A DNA stretch of 64,000 nucleotides from Vermamoeba vermiformis (Eukaryota): contig JBEWZL010000127.1 of the NCBI GenBank assembly GCA_045837725.1, positions 62,001 through 126,000 on the forward strand. Reading direction: 5' to 3'. Each line of letters begins with the position of its first letter. The stretch's first letter is position 1. The position numbers and the translations under genes were made by a program. Below the pieces are notes generated by a model, which made no database searches, was not told the origin of the DNA, and saw only the letters and a program-made list of their open reading frames with translations. Positions 35,959 through 48,615 of this stretch are shown piece by piece.

Positions 35959-38900
35959 CTAGACTTGAGGTTTAGTACAAAGCTTGACAAGTGTCTGTTG
36001 TTCTTCGGGACTCAGTGCGTTGAATGCATCGGTCTGCTTCACCTTGGAAAATTGAGGCACGAGCAGATCGAGACAAAACGATTCGAGTCTGCCTGCTGAG
36101 TAGAACCGTGCTACTTGCCACACATACGCTACGGAGTCTATGTCAACTTGTTTCTCGATAATACCTTCACATTTTAGCTGTCGTACATTGCATCAGTCAA
36201 AAAGTTGCGGCACCCGTAATCGGATCTTACCTTCAGTCGTTGAAGATTGTATTCGCTTGCTAATGGCAGCACATCGAGCGCTAGATTAACATCCACGTCT
36301 ATATCGTCGGTGTAGATGAACTGTAGTGTTGCAAGAAAGGCTTCGAACGATATTTCATCGCGGATCTCGAGCCTTTGCATTTGACTTTCTTTCATGCCAC
36401 CAGTTAACATTAGCCTAATCGAGTCAAAGATTAAATAAGCATTTATGCTGATAAGTTCTCTTGCCTGAAATATTCTGAGTTAGCACACAGAATTGCTTTG
36501 TGAGCTGCAATTTCTTTGTTGCCAAGAAGCAGCTTGATGTCACTCCATCGACCAGCTACTGGCATATCATTCGTAATAATACTACTCGATGAGTCACCAT
36601 CGACGGCCTCTCTATTCTTCACAATCTTTCGTTCGATTAATTGGCTCATGTCGGCAGATAAAATGCTCGGAAGTGACACGATTGAGCCAGGTGGTACCCG
36701 TGCTCTTGACTCGTGTAAAATCTGTTGCAGTTCAGCGCCGTTTAAATTGTCTGATAGGACTCGGCTAGTATATAAATAGACCAGTAGGGCATTGATTTGT
36801 TGCGATGTGTAGTCGGACATGTCGATGACAGGCAAGGATGGACCGGTGTGATTTTGTTCGGCAATTAAGATCTTTTTGAACAATAGCTCTGATCTTGTAC
36901 TCAATATTGCTACAGAAAATAAGAATTAGTAAAGGCTTGGCTCAGATCTAGCCTGAAGAAAAAATATTGGGATCCGAATCCAGCTCCAACGTGACAGAAC
37001 CATTATGCTGGCATTATAAACGTACCTTTATGCGCATAAATGATCTTTTCATCACTTGTTTTAATCAAAATGTCGCTGAAAAATTTTTGGTTGTTGATCA
37101 GCCGCGACATGTTTTCGCCAAGTACGGAGCTCAAAGATCCTGAACAACGAAATTTAATATAATGATACGGACTTAATAACATTTGTGGCATAGTGGTTGT
37201 GGAGTATTTACCGTGGACGGCAATCGAGGTCTTTCCACCAGCAGCAATTTTATCGATGCGCTTGTTTATCGGGATGAGTGAAATCTATCAAATCGAGTTA
37301 TGTAATTAGTGTTTACTAAATTTAATCGAGAAGACGCTTTTAACAAACCTCTTCAACAAATCCAGGATCGTTTTGTCCTGTTTGACCATATTCGCCTACT
37401 CCAAAGCCATACACTTGTCCTACATCTAAATCATGAGGTACGTTAGTACGAAGGTCAATTAATGGTCTAGCTGACCTGAAAGCAATAAACAGTGCGTGGA
37501 TCCAGTTACCATGTCCACAATATTGAATTTTTTCTTAGCCGCTGGCGTGTCGTCTAATTGAACTTCTTGAGGAGCTCCTTTAGCCATAGGATACCCTCCC
37601 CATCTAGAAATAACAAGGCAAGTGAATTCTATTTTCTGAGGTGGATTTGTAACGGATTCGTGAGTACTTACGTAAAGACTCTATTGCTTGTTCTACATGC
37701 AGAAAATCTGAACCCGGCACGCACTTGCCTCACGACCTCATCTGGTTGCAAAATATTCACCAGATCGACTTGCGTGGGCAGATCCACTTGTTGCGTCGTT
37801 GAACTCTCAATGCATTGTTGATAATCGTTTCTGCCCCAAGCATATACAACTCCCTTATTAGTCACTAATATGCTATGTTGCTCGCCACAGTCAATTTGAG
37901 CCACGCGAAGACCAATCAAAGATGCTACGGGTGCTGGAAGTCTCGGATCTGACTCTGTATTCGCTTCAGCTGGCCTTCCAAGTCTTCCAAACATAGGATT
38001 GCTACACGAATATTAGTCACTACGGCTATCAATATTGAAATCAAGTATGCAGATACAGATCCGAATTCAATTTCAAAAATCGATGGTCAAGCGTTCAATT
38101 AAACAACATAATTTTATCAATTGTATTTACCATATATATTATACGTACCCCCAAGTATATAGAGTGCCATCAGAGCCTAAAGCTAGCACGTGGGCGCCAC
38201 CGGATGCGATGTCAATAATGTTGACTCGTTTTAGTGGCTTAACAACAGCAGGTTCAGACAATACGAGTGTGCCATATTTATCACCGTGCCTTAGTGTACC
38301 CCACATAATTACATTGCCCGTATCTGTTAGTGCACAACTGAACGAAGATCCGCAGCAGATCTTGGTGACGTTTAATTGCTGCAAAGAGGTCATTAAGCAG
38401 GGCGATCCATTGTCCTTAATGGTACCATCACCTAGTTGATAATTGACGTTCTGTCCGCTGCAAAATACTCTGCCTTGATCGGTCAAAAACACGTTGTGAT
38501 CTGCGCCACACGCGACTTGAACGACAGTGCGGCCTAATAGACCAGTAAAGAGTTCGGGCTTGTAAAATGCTTCTTTGTGGAATAGGCCCCATACATACAC
38601 TCGTCCTGAATCTTCTTCGGAATCAACTGCGAAAATAAGAAAATCAGATCTGAAATTCAATTTATCGTTGAAAGTCATGAATTATTTAATCGTGGAATAT
38701 GTTGAATTATATAACATGGTGGTATAAAGAAATGAATTAGAATCCTAAAGTATTGAGATTTTTACACTAAAAATATCTACGGCCTACCTGATTTAGCGTC
38801 TGCATCGTTCTTATTAGTTGTATTATTTACAGTAGTATTTACATTGTTATTGGTTGATTCTAATATTACTGCAGACTTTCCAATTACAGACGCTAACCGT

Positions 38901-39079
38901 AGTCCAGATGGGCGTTCATCGCCATTGCTTGCATTCTTATTATTAACATTTTTATTATTTATACTTTCAGCTGCATTATTAGCGCTAATGGGCTCGTAGA
39001 TCGCTGAAAAGAATGTTTGCTGTGATGACACGCGCGAGATAATGCCTTGCAGCCATAGATTGAACTGGTTTCTATCCAT
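35959..39079 (-). CDS. RCC1-repeat + 2xBTB protein
   Basis: VACGADHNVFL..GRVFCSGQNVNYQLG, CGEQHSILVTNKGVVYAWGRN. BTBs FSDILIK..YAHK and WSDIKL..AAHKAILCANSEYFR|LMLTGGMKES. Confidence 0.9.
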
Positions 39080-39258
39080 CGCGTGCTTATTGCGCTCGAT
39101 AAATAAGCAAACGGACAAAGCTACGGTAGGGAGGTCAAACCGACAGACCGACGGCTTATAGGTCTTCAAAACCGAAGTCCGGTTATACGCCTCCCCGTAC
39201 GATACCAATTTCTTCTTCAACTCATTGGCTATTGAACAAAATACCACAATTAATAATA

Positions 39259-40480
39259 ATGAAACGCAAGTCAGAATATTCTAATGGTTTGTAACTCTGT
39301 AAACCACCAGCAATTTACTGATCGAATTTTTCTTCTAGACAGTTCAATAACGAAATACCCCCGGAATACCAAAGACACAACGGTACGGTTCATAATATTA
39401 TTTTTAAAATATTTATTTGTTTATTCGTAATTTTACAATTTTGATTTTTAATTTTGACACTGCCAACAGAGCTCGATCGAGTTAAATGACGTCGAGTTAC
39501 CTGATGATATGTGGACCGAGATATTGAATATCTTAGCAGTATCCATAGTACCAAAGGTTCCAGTCATCAGACTTGCATTTGTTTCTTCCACGTCGAAACG
39601 AATCTACGCACTATGTCGCAGAATCAAAGAGAGAGCCAATATTCTGCAAGTTAAAGTAGACGCAAGATCATTTTATGAAGACTTTGCAGCAAATGGCCAC
39701 TTGTCACTATTGCAATATGCTCACGAGAACGGCTGTGATTGGAATGCAGACACTTGCTCTTTAGCGGCACTGAATGGGCATTTGGAGTGCCTCAAGTATG
39801 CACATGAGAATGGCTGTGAGTGGAATGCAAATACTTGCTCTTTAGCAGCATGGCATGGGCATTTGGAGTGTCTCAAGTATGCACATGAGAATGGATGTCA
39901 GTGGAATTCAAATACTTGTTCTACAGCAGCACGGAATGGACATTTGGAGTGCCTCAAGTATGCACACAAGAATGGATGTCAGTGGAATGCAGACACTTGT
40001 GCTGCAGCAGCAGTGAATGGGCATTTGGAGTGCCTCAAGTATGCACATGAGAATGGCTGTGGTTGGGATTCAAATACTTGCACTTCAGCAGTAGTGAATG
40101 GACATTTGCAGTGCCTCAAGTATGCACATGAGAATGGCTGTGATTGGAAACCAGACACTTGCTTTTTAGCAGCATGGAATGGGTATTTGGAGTGCCTCAA
40201 GTATGCACATGAGAATGGATGTCAGTGGAATGCAAAGACTTGCTCTTCAGCAGCAGAGAGAGGACATTTGGAGTGCCTCAAGTATGCACATGAGAACGGC
40301 TGTGAGTGGAATTCAAATACTTGTTCTCTTTGGCAACACAGAATGGGCATTTGGAGTGCCTCAAGTATGCACACGAAAATAAATGTGTATGTGAGCATCT
40401 TAAGTAAAGTAGCAGTGATTTGTGGTTTACTTTTCATAAAATGCCTCAAAGCAGTGACTTTTTTTATGCTTTCAAACTGA
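39259..40480 (+). CDS. F-box-like + 27-aa ankyrin-like repeat protein (GHLECLKYAHENGC type); last repeat frameshifted
   Basis: Two small 5' exons splice in frame to give MKRKSEYSND..ELPDDMWTEIL, followed by ~8.5 repeats. A 2-nt insertion near 40326 shifts the last repeat; the corrected stop would be 40405-40407. Confidence 0.85.
39695..40386 (+). repeat. Coding tandem repeat, 81-bp unit, ~8.5 copies
   Basis: gggcatttggagtgcctcaagtatgcacatgagaatgg recurs every 81 nt. Confidence 0.95.
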
Positions 40481-40634
40481 CACATACATACTTAACCAAA
40501 ACCTGTATTGGGTGGTGAAACTTTGGATTGCTGCTAACATATTTCCGTGCTATGTTCTTGTGCATATAGTATAACGCTGAGTCAGGAGTTTTTTCGCTGA
40601 ATTATTTTCGTTTTTTACCGAAGGAGCACACGAG

Positions 40635-42240
40635 ATGTCAGAACATTCACCGTCACACTCTGAATCCTCAAGCGAGTCCGCCAAGGAGCACATTATTATC
40701 AATAGGCTCGATAATGTCAGTGAAAGCGAAGAAGAAATGTCAAGCAGCTCGAGTTCCACGCCCGATCCCGACAGCGAATCCAAACTTACGCCCGAAAATT
40801 ATTTAATTGCAGATATTCTAGCAGGTGTTACTATGGCGGTATGGAGATAATATTATTACAGCTTATTCAAACAATTTAATTTTTTTTAAAGATTTTCAAT
40901 AAGGCGACGGAGCAGAATACGAAGCATTTTCGGCATTATATTCGAAGGTAGCTTAGAATCAGTAACGATACAGTAAATATTAATGTAATCGAGCAGGAAG
41001 GACAACAGATCTGATTTTAGAATGAAAGAATACTTGCCCGGTAAGTTGATTTAACGTACAAAGAGTTGTTACGGTGCTAATATTGCAGTAGATGTATATT
41101 GTCAGCTACGGGAGCTTTTCGGGTACGCGCCCGAAGAGATAGCGGTAAGTTCAAGTGGAATTGCGGGTTTTGACCCGATCGGATCTTAACATTTCCTTTT
41201 TTAGAAATCGTTCGAGTTCGATTCGACGATGAGAATGAAGAAATCAGCAGCCAAGGGTGGTGCTATGTTTATATTTACCAAAGATCGGCGATTTATCATC
41301 AAAACTCTGTTTGCTCATGAAAAAAATGCGCTGGTGCAGATGAGCAGCGACTATTTGAACGTAAGCCCGAAACTAAAATTATGTTAAATACTAATATATG
41401 CTTAGTACTTTAAACGACGACCTCACTCGCTGATCAATCGGTTTTTGGGCCTATTTAGAATTAATAGAGGACGTAAACCGATGTACATAGTCGTTATGAA
41501 CAATATTTTCTACAAAACTAGGAGCTTAGATGAGATTTACGACCTCAAAGTAAGTTAATATATAACATAAGGAGTTATGTATTAATTATTTGTAGGGAGC
41601 TGTTGTTAATAGAAAAACAAAAAATCAAAATTTATTGAACGACCCGAACCACATCCGGTTAGACATGGATCTGAACGGCAAAATATTTCATATAGGCAAT
41701 CTCAAATCAACTTTTGATCAACAAATCAAACGAGACGTCAAAGTAAGTCTTAAAAAGAGTTTTTGAAGTGATAAAAAATATTGACGTTGGATGCGTAGTT
41801 CTTGGCCAAGCACAACCTGATGGACTACAGCCTATTGGTCGGGGTTCATCGTATAGTTGAAGGAGAGCAAGTACTGTCACGTGAAGCAACAGTCGACACT
41901 CAAAAAGATCGTGGCAGGTTGTCAACGTTCCATCAAGATGAGGGTGGACTGTTGACGCCCGTCAGCGAAGGCACGACACGAGAGCTGTATTACATTGGCA
42001 TCATCGACATATTACAGAGTTACAACGCCGAGAAACACTTAGCGCATTTTCTCAAGTCGATGAAGTACAATCACGTAAGTCCTAAGATCTCGATCAGATC
42101 CGCGAGATCTCGTTTTGTTTTTTTTTTTGCGATTACGAGTGTCTAACGCGTGCTTTATATAGAAAAAAATATCAACAGTTGAGCCCGAGTTTTATGCACA
42201 AAGGTTCAAAAAGTTTGTGAATACTGTTGTGCAGGATTAA
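40635..42240 (+). CDS. Phosphatidylinositol-4-phosphate 5-kinase family protein, many small exons
   Basis: FRMKEYLP, SAAKGGAMFIFTKDRRFIIKT, SLINRFLGL, VVMNNIF..IYDLKGA, HNLMDYSLLVGVH, YYIGIIDILQSY, ISTVEPEFYAQRF. Confidence 0.92.
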
Positions 42241-42519
42241 TAGGGCCGTAGTGACCTTGATTTAATAGCGCTTAATGTGCTAATGATGTATTTGTATTAT
42301 TTATTATTATGCCTGTAAATATAGCGGCATTTCTGAACACCACTGCTTTATGGTCGTAAAACATGCGCGGAGCTGCCATAGAACGCTTTACAAAGATTCG
42401 CTCCGCTCGGTCATGACATTGATTTACTGTATAACATTAACATTTTTGACATGAGATGTCATCCGGGCACTATGATGGTTTTTAAATAATAACAGTTCAT
42501 TTTATGATAACAATTCGAG

Positions 42520-43377
42520 ATGGAACCACCACCAATTATATATGATACAACACAGTATATAGCTACGGCGACAGGCAATATAATTAGCAGGCAGAGCAAG
42601 TTAAATGGAATTGATAAAATAAGATTGAGCGGAAAGGTAAACCACATCCGTTTAATTGTTTGCTTTAATTTTTAAAAACTGTAAATTATCAAATTATTTA
42701 TATTATTCGTATTTAACGTTACTAATATTGATACAAGTAATTTTAAAATTATGCGTAATATTATTGATATTAATTTTGATTTTATTATTGCAGTGTATAT
42801 TAGAAGAAGGTGTAATTATAAATGGCGAGCAAACAGACATTACAATAGGACGTTATTCATCAGTGGGCAAAAACACGACAATTAGCCCGAGTCCAAAATT
42901 ATTTAAAGGGTATGTCTCGGTATCATTCCGTGTTATTCATATTAAATAATTAATTTAATTATTATTTTCAGTGAAATGACGTATTTTCCATTGAGAATTG
43001 GCGATCACGTTAGAATTGGCTCAAATTGTGTTATAAAAGCTTTGACTATCGGATCTAACGTTCAGATTGAGGACGATTGTGTTATAGTAAGTATATTAGT
43101 ACCTTATCAAGCTTAAAGAACCCAATTTTCCATTGTTTTTAGAATTTGATTCGAATCTGATCTTCGATCTCAATTTCAGGATGCCAATTGCGTGCTTAGC
43201 GATTGTTGCGTCGTTAAAAAAGGCTCAATATTGGCACCAGGTACAGTAGTGCCGCCTTATACTGTTGCATCGGGCCAGCCTGCACGAGTCAATGAAGAAT
43301 TGATTGAAAGTTTCAAACAGTACCAGCAGATCCAGACGATGGGTTTTTATCAGAGTTGGACGCTGAAAAAGAGCTAA
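42520..43377 (+). CDS. DCTN5: Dynactin subunit 5 (p25)
   Basis: YIATATGNIISRQSKLNG..IRLSGK, IGRYS, YFPLRIGDHVRIG, IGSNVQI, LSDCC, TVVPPYTV.SGQPA (left-handed beta-helix, p25 signature). Confidence 0.9.
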
Positions 43378-43502
43378 TATTACGTCTTAAGAATGATAAT
43401 AAATTATTATTTTTGTCAACAGTATTCTTGAAGAATATAACAGACCTAAGAATACCACAAAAAGAATAAGAACCGATCCGAAACTTTTTTTCAATTAAAC
43501 AA

Positions 43503-43877
43503 ATGTCTACGACATTGAGAGCCACATATTATTCAAAAACTAACACCGCGATCATTATTGTCGCACTATTCGTCGCTGTTCTAACAACGTTCAATCTGTT
43601 TTCTGGATTTACTTCTGCTTCATGCGACATCTGCGACTGTAACTACGCGTCAATGCTGATTTATGCCGTACTGATACTATCATATTCGACAATCATTATA
43701 TCAGTCCTTGCCAAATGGTCCTTAGAGTGCAGCAAAGCCGAAGAAGATTGTCAAAGTTGCGGCAAGATCCCGTCGTTAATTTTGACCTTAATCTCTTTTG
43801 CTACGTGTATTTCCGGCGTATTATTATTCTTTATATCAATTGAAGCTGTGTATAACTGTACTTTATTGCCTATATAG
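43503..43877 (+). CDS. Small Cys-containing three-TM membrane protein, unknown function
   Basis: Intronless 124-aa ORF with three hydrophobic segments and CxxC pairs in the loops. Confidence 0.55.
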   Translation: MSTTLRATYYSKTNTAIIIVALFVAVLTTFNLFSGFTSASCDICDCNYASMLIYAVLILSYSTIIISVLAKWSLECSKAEEDCQSCGKIPSLILTLISFATCISGVLLFFISIEAVYNCTLLPI

Positions 43878-43973
43878 GCAATAAACATAAATTCTAACAA
43901 GAATTTTTCAATGATAGATCTCATCGCATTAACGGGCAGTTCATGGCCACATCTGACTGTACCAAGAATATTT

Positions 43974-45028
43974 TTATTTCTTGGCTCGTTGACCATATTC
44001 AGGTATATTTTTTAGGCATTTCATGCAACCCCTATGCTTATTCGGCAGGTCATAGTGAGCTTTACACAGCACTCCTCCATGACAGACCTCGCACTCGTTA
44101 ACACATCTCGAACAAACTTGTTGGCACTTGTTGTCGCATATTTCCGCGCACCTAAAACAGCACAGTGCATTGCAATCGATGCACAGTCCATATATAGAAT
44201 GCTCTGCTTCGCGGAAACAATAAAACAAGCCACATCCGCAGAAAATTCCTCCGCCTCCTTCGTTACATTCAGTGCAGTAGTTGTCGTAGCCTCTACTCAC
44301 TCTAATCTTGCAATGTCGACATAATTTTGACAAAGTAATCGTACCTCGCCATTCAGGAAAGGCGACACGATTGAGGTAAGTAAAATAGTAGCGGATTTGG
44401 CCAAATTCTTCGTATTCATTCGGCACGACTATATTAGCAATATTATTAGAGACATGTGATACTACTTATTTATGAACATACTAAACAAGTTCTCTAGTAT
44501 TCGATTGACTTGAATAGTTTTGATCGTAGAATCTTGGTACAGATCTGGATAGACTCTGATAACTCTGCCATCTGTGTAGTACAATTATTATTAACACATA
44601 TATGATATTATAGCATCATTCGCCTTACCCATCTCCATGTGACTCCAAACAGTGTTTTTACAGAACACGCACGTTGGATCGGCACCCCAAAACTTGTCAA
44701 AATCAACGCTGAAGCAATTCAACGCCTCGTACCATAGTCTATATAAATATCTTCTTTGCTGTGCTATTGACGTCTCGTTGGTCTTGTGTAATAATTTAAT
44801 AAAATATTTTATGCTGCAATTGCTTTATTTTCGACTTACGGTTATTCTAATTGCTTGCAAAATTGACCTAGGGCATCCTATTAAATTTTCAAACCCTAGA
44901 ACAGCGATTCCAAACTTGATTTTCTCGATCTCGTCCAAAAAATCGATTATTAACTGCCACAACTCGAGTGGTAGTGTTATTGAGCCAATGTCATTATTTT
45001 GATTGTCATTATTTTCATTTACTTCCAT
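43974..45028 (-). CDS. F-box-like protein with Cys-rich C-terminus
   Basis: LPLELWQLIIDFLD at the N-terminus and many CxxC motifs in the last exon. Confidence 0.7.
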
Positions 45029-45124
45029 TACTAGTTAATACAATATTTCATGAGTTGTTGTGGCATCGTTTGCGAAGCTAAAATTTTTGTTAAAAACATC
45101 CCGCCCAGCGGTTGACATTAATAT

Positions 45125-47952
45125 TTAATTATTATTATTAGATACATGTACATTACTAACACCTTCAATAATATCCCTCGGACTCTCATCCAGGATGTTC
45201 TCATTATCTCTCGGACTTTCATCGTCTGCACCCTCGTCACCCTCGTCATTGTCGTCACTTTTCACGCCCTCCTCATTCGCGTTACTCTCTTGTTCTTGTG
45301 CGCTGGCTGTGGGACCGACGGCATCGAAAGGATTATTGGCCTCAGCTGGCGGAGAATGATCTGCAAAGAGCCCGGGATAGTGCGCTTGTCCGGGGACAAG
45401 TTTTTCCGCAGGGAACGATTTGTGCGCGTGATTGATAATGACACCGAGCGAGGCTGCAAAATGACACGTGTCAATAGCTCGAATGACGTGTAGTGACAGT
45501 GCTACTGACCTTTGACCTCGCCAGTCATGAATCCAGACATGTCGCACTCAGACACCACGGCGTAATCGAGATGCACTAGCGGTGAGGCCTCGTGCAGAAT
45601 TGTCGCTGGAATGGTCTCTGGCACGTGAAGCGACACTTCGCCGAACACCCTGGTGGCATTAAAGTAAGTAGAGTACGCTTGCCAAAAAAGGAAAGTGTCA
45701 ATCGTGCACGTACATTCTATTGGGACCGAGCGGGAATTCAAGGCCTTCTTTGCCATCCAGTACCGTGATCAGTTTCGGCAATTGAACGACGTGCGTGCTG
45801 TTGCCTGCGAACACTTTCAAACGACCCACGAGAAATATGGACATCTTTTTCACATTGTACTTGGACTTGTTTTCAATGCTCTAAAGTCACGTTAGTCACA
45901 TTGTTACATTAAACGATTGACTTACGAATTGCATGCGCTTGGGCTGGCCTGCAATAATGACACTTCCTTCAGCCATCGACGCCTGATCCAATGTTAGGGT
46001 TGCCAGAGTGTCAAAGTGAATACTTACAGTGATTGACACGACTTGATCATCGCGCTTATTTAGCTTCTTATCGTTGAGCATGAGCACTGGATCTTTATTC
46101 AATGCAGTGTAATTGATGTGGACTTTGAACGGCAAGCGTGAAATTTCATCCTTATGACCGCTGATTTGCACGAGACCTTCGCAGTAGTAATAGATTGATC
46201 CGTTAATATGGCTAAAGCTCGGTGGCAAATCTTTGGGCAGTGTAAATGAGATGGGCCACACATGACTGCCCGGCTCGTTCTAAATGACACGTTAGACACG
46301 TGACTTGGGGTCAATATTTTACGGACTCACCTTCTCTAATGTCAGTGGTATTGTGTGGCTGAAGAAAGGGTGGACTTGTTTAAATACTTTTGTCTTAGTT
46401 GCTCCTGCAAGAGATTATTGGTCAGTAATTGGTCCTCGTGAACAAGGCACCTTTCAACGTACTGTTTCTTCGAACAATTTTCGTCCAATACGATCTTTCA
46501 CTTCCTGCTATCTTCAAGCTGATGCCTTTGATATTATGAACAGTACCAATATTATACACGACGAGGCCAGTCATCAACTGGATGACACGTGTCAGCGGAT
46601 CCATCGTAGCAAAAACTGATCAACAACGTACCTCTCCAGGATAATAGTCCTTCTTGTCTAATAATATGCGCATCATTGGCAGTTTTTGATTGGAATACAG
46701 TTTGGGATTGGCGGTGACATTCACTTCTTGGAATTGATACGCAATGTGTAACTTGCTCGTGCCCTGTCACGTGTTAGTTGTTACAAGTTGAATGAACATT
46801 CGCTTACAGAGAGGCTAATGTGTTCATCGTAAATCTTGAATGGCTCGGCTGTTGAAATATCCAGTTGTGTTTGGCCAAGCAACACATTTGCTTTGACAAC
46901 TCGATGATCCTGAAGGCAACACGTCAGCTTAGTTGTGTCTGAATCGTCTGAAACTTACCCAGACACATATATTCAACGGAACTAATGTGCTCGATATTAC
47001 AATAGTGAATTCTTCAAACCACTAAAGAAGGCTTTAATACGTGTTTCGTGCACTATTCGCTGCTCGTACTTTTGGATTCGTGTTCTTAGCGCACGGATGA
47101 GTAGACAAGTGCGGTGATTTCTGACCACCAAATGGTCTTGCTAGTCTGAATCTAACCATTGGATCGATATCTGATTGGTGAGAGCAGGTCAGTCGTTGAC
47201 ACGTGTCAAATTGAAAAAATGAATGGACGTACGTTTCGTGTCCTCAGGTACTGTTAAATCACTAGCCTCGATAACTTTAAGCCATAATATGCCTTCTTTC
47301 TCTGGATAATCGCTTCGTATCTAAATTTCCGCCGTTGATAAATAACTACCGGATCTAAATTTGAACGTACGTTTTTCTTGATACTGAAGAATGACTGCAT
47401 CTTATAGTGCGCAAATAATTCTTTTTGACTAAGGACGTATTGAAAGAATGCCTCTAAGCCTTTCTTACGCTCATTGATGATTTCGTCTTTCGACTTGAAC
47501 AATGTAACTTTGCTTGGAAACTCTGGATACTTGTATTTTGGGAATTTTTTGATTAACTATGTTGTTGGTGTTAGCTTCGAATAATAGAGAAGGTTAATTG
47601 AAGCATGCTTGCAACGTACCCAATCTTTGACATCTGACAGCGTTTTATATCGATCTTTTACTTGCCAGCTAAATCAATAAATTATTTTAAAATACGACAT
47701 TGATAGCAATTAATTTATACAGATTTCTAAAGTCATCTTTTTAGCTGCATAAAGAAAAAATTAAGTTATTCAGCGTACCTTTTTCCTTTGTATGTGAGAT
47801 CAAATACGTAATTCTGTAATAGAAAAATTAAATGATTATTTTTGAAGTAATAAACAGCGCGTGGGAGTCGTTCTTACAGCATAGGATTTGTCGTTGGGCG
47901 GATGTATTGTTTCAGCTGATTGACATTTGACTACAATAGTATCGTTATCCAT
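45125..47952 (-). CDS. PX + C2 + arrestin-N/C domain protein; 3' end uncertain
   Basis: PX WQVKDRY..YPEFPSK..INERKKGLEAFF, C2 GILWLKVIEASDL..DPMV..NTNPKWFEEF..ICVWDH..LLG, arrestin GISLKIAGSE and WPISFTLPKDLPPSF..GSIYY..VPETIPATI. Confidence 0.82.
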
Positions 47953-48099
47953 TGTTGTGCTTGATTGAAACAAGTATAGTAATGTTCTACCAGCAGGGAA
48001 CCACCAAAAATTGATGCAGAAAAGTTTTGACCAGACCACAAAAAAAGTTGTCGATCTGACTTCACCAAACAATTTTATTTCCAATCTTATAGCACCACA

Positions 48100-48503
48100 A
48101 TGAGCAAAAAGTCGTCTGAAGAGTGCGTCGAGTGCTTGAGATTTTCAGGCACGGCCTTGATGTTCGTTGGAGCCTATTTAGCTTACGAAGGGCGAAAGTT
48201 GCCAACACCGAGCCGTAGAATGACAACTTATGTAGTTGGTGCTTCTATTAGCTCATTTGCATTGTGGGGTGCGTGGATCCGACCTTGGATCACGAGCGTA
48301 AGTTTTTTTAAAACAGAATTAACTAGAAAATATTTCAGTAAATCCGCTATTTTATTCTAGATAGTATTTTTACAATATCGTAAGCATTTTAAAAATAATT
48401 TTGGATTTTTCTACGCTTGAATTTCGATGGTGACGTGGATCCATTCCTGAACTCACTCTCTTGTTTTTAGAAATATCGCGGCGTACCTCCTCTTACTATG
48501 TAA
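48100..48503 (+). CDS. Small two-TM protein, DUF4536/DMAC1-like
   Basis: ECVECLRFSGTALMFVGAYL resembles the CxxC-R...SG...G.GY pattern of DUF4536. Final exon KYRGVPPLTM*. Confidence 0.55.
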
Positions 48504-48615
48504 ATACTCTTGTAAATGCTTGACTTAAATGTAGTCCCTTTGTAAGTAAACAGATGAAATTCAAACAATCCCGTGATCTCAAGATCCTTAAGTTTAACAA
48601 AAAAAGGTTGGTTTA

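Noticed and set aside
39695-40386. Regular repeat with variable segments resembling a CRISPR array or DGR
   Set aside because: It is an in-frame 81-bp coding repeat with homologous variable parts. No cas or reverse-transcriptase gene is nearby.
42366-42410. GCGGAGC/GCTCCGC hairpin in the PIP5K-DCTN5 intergenic region
   Set aside because: A single 7-bp stem with no supporting boxes or second domain could be chance.
45031-45162. Possible last intron extending the arrestin gene to within 2 nt of the next gene's ATG
   Set aside because: The donor (gtgtta) is weak and the unspliced frame already stops at 45125. It cannot be resolved without RNA data.
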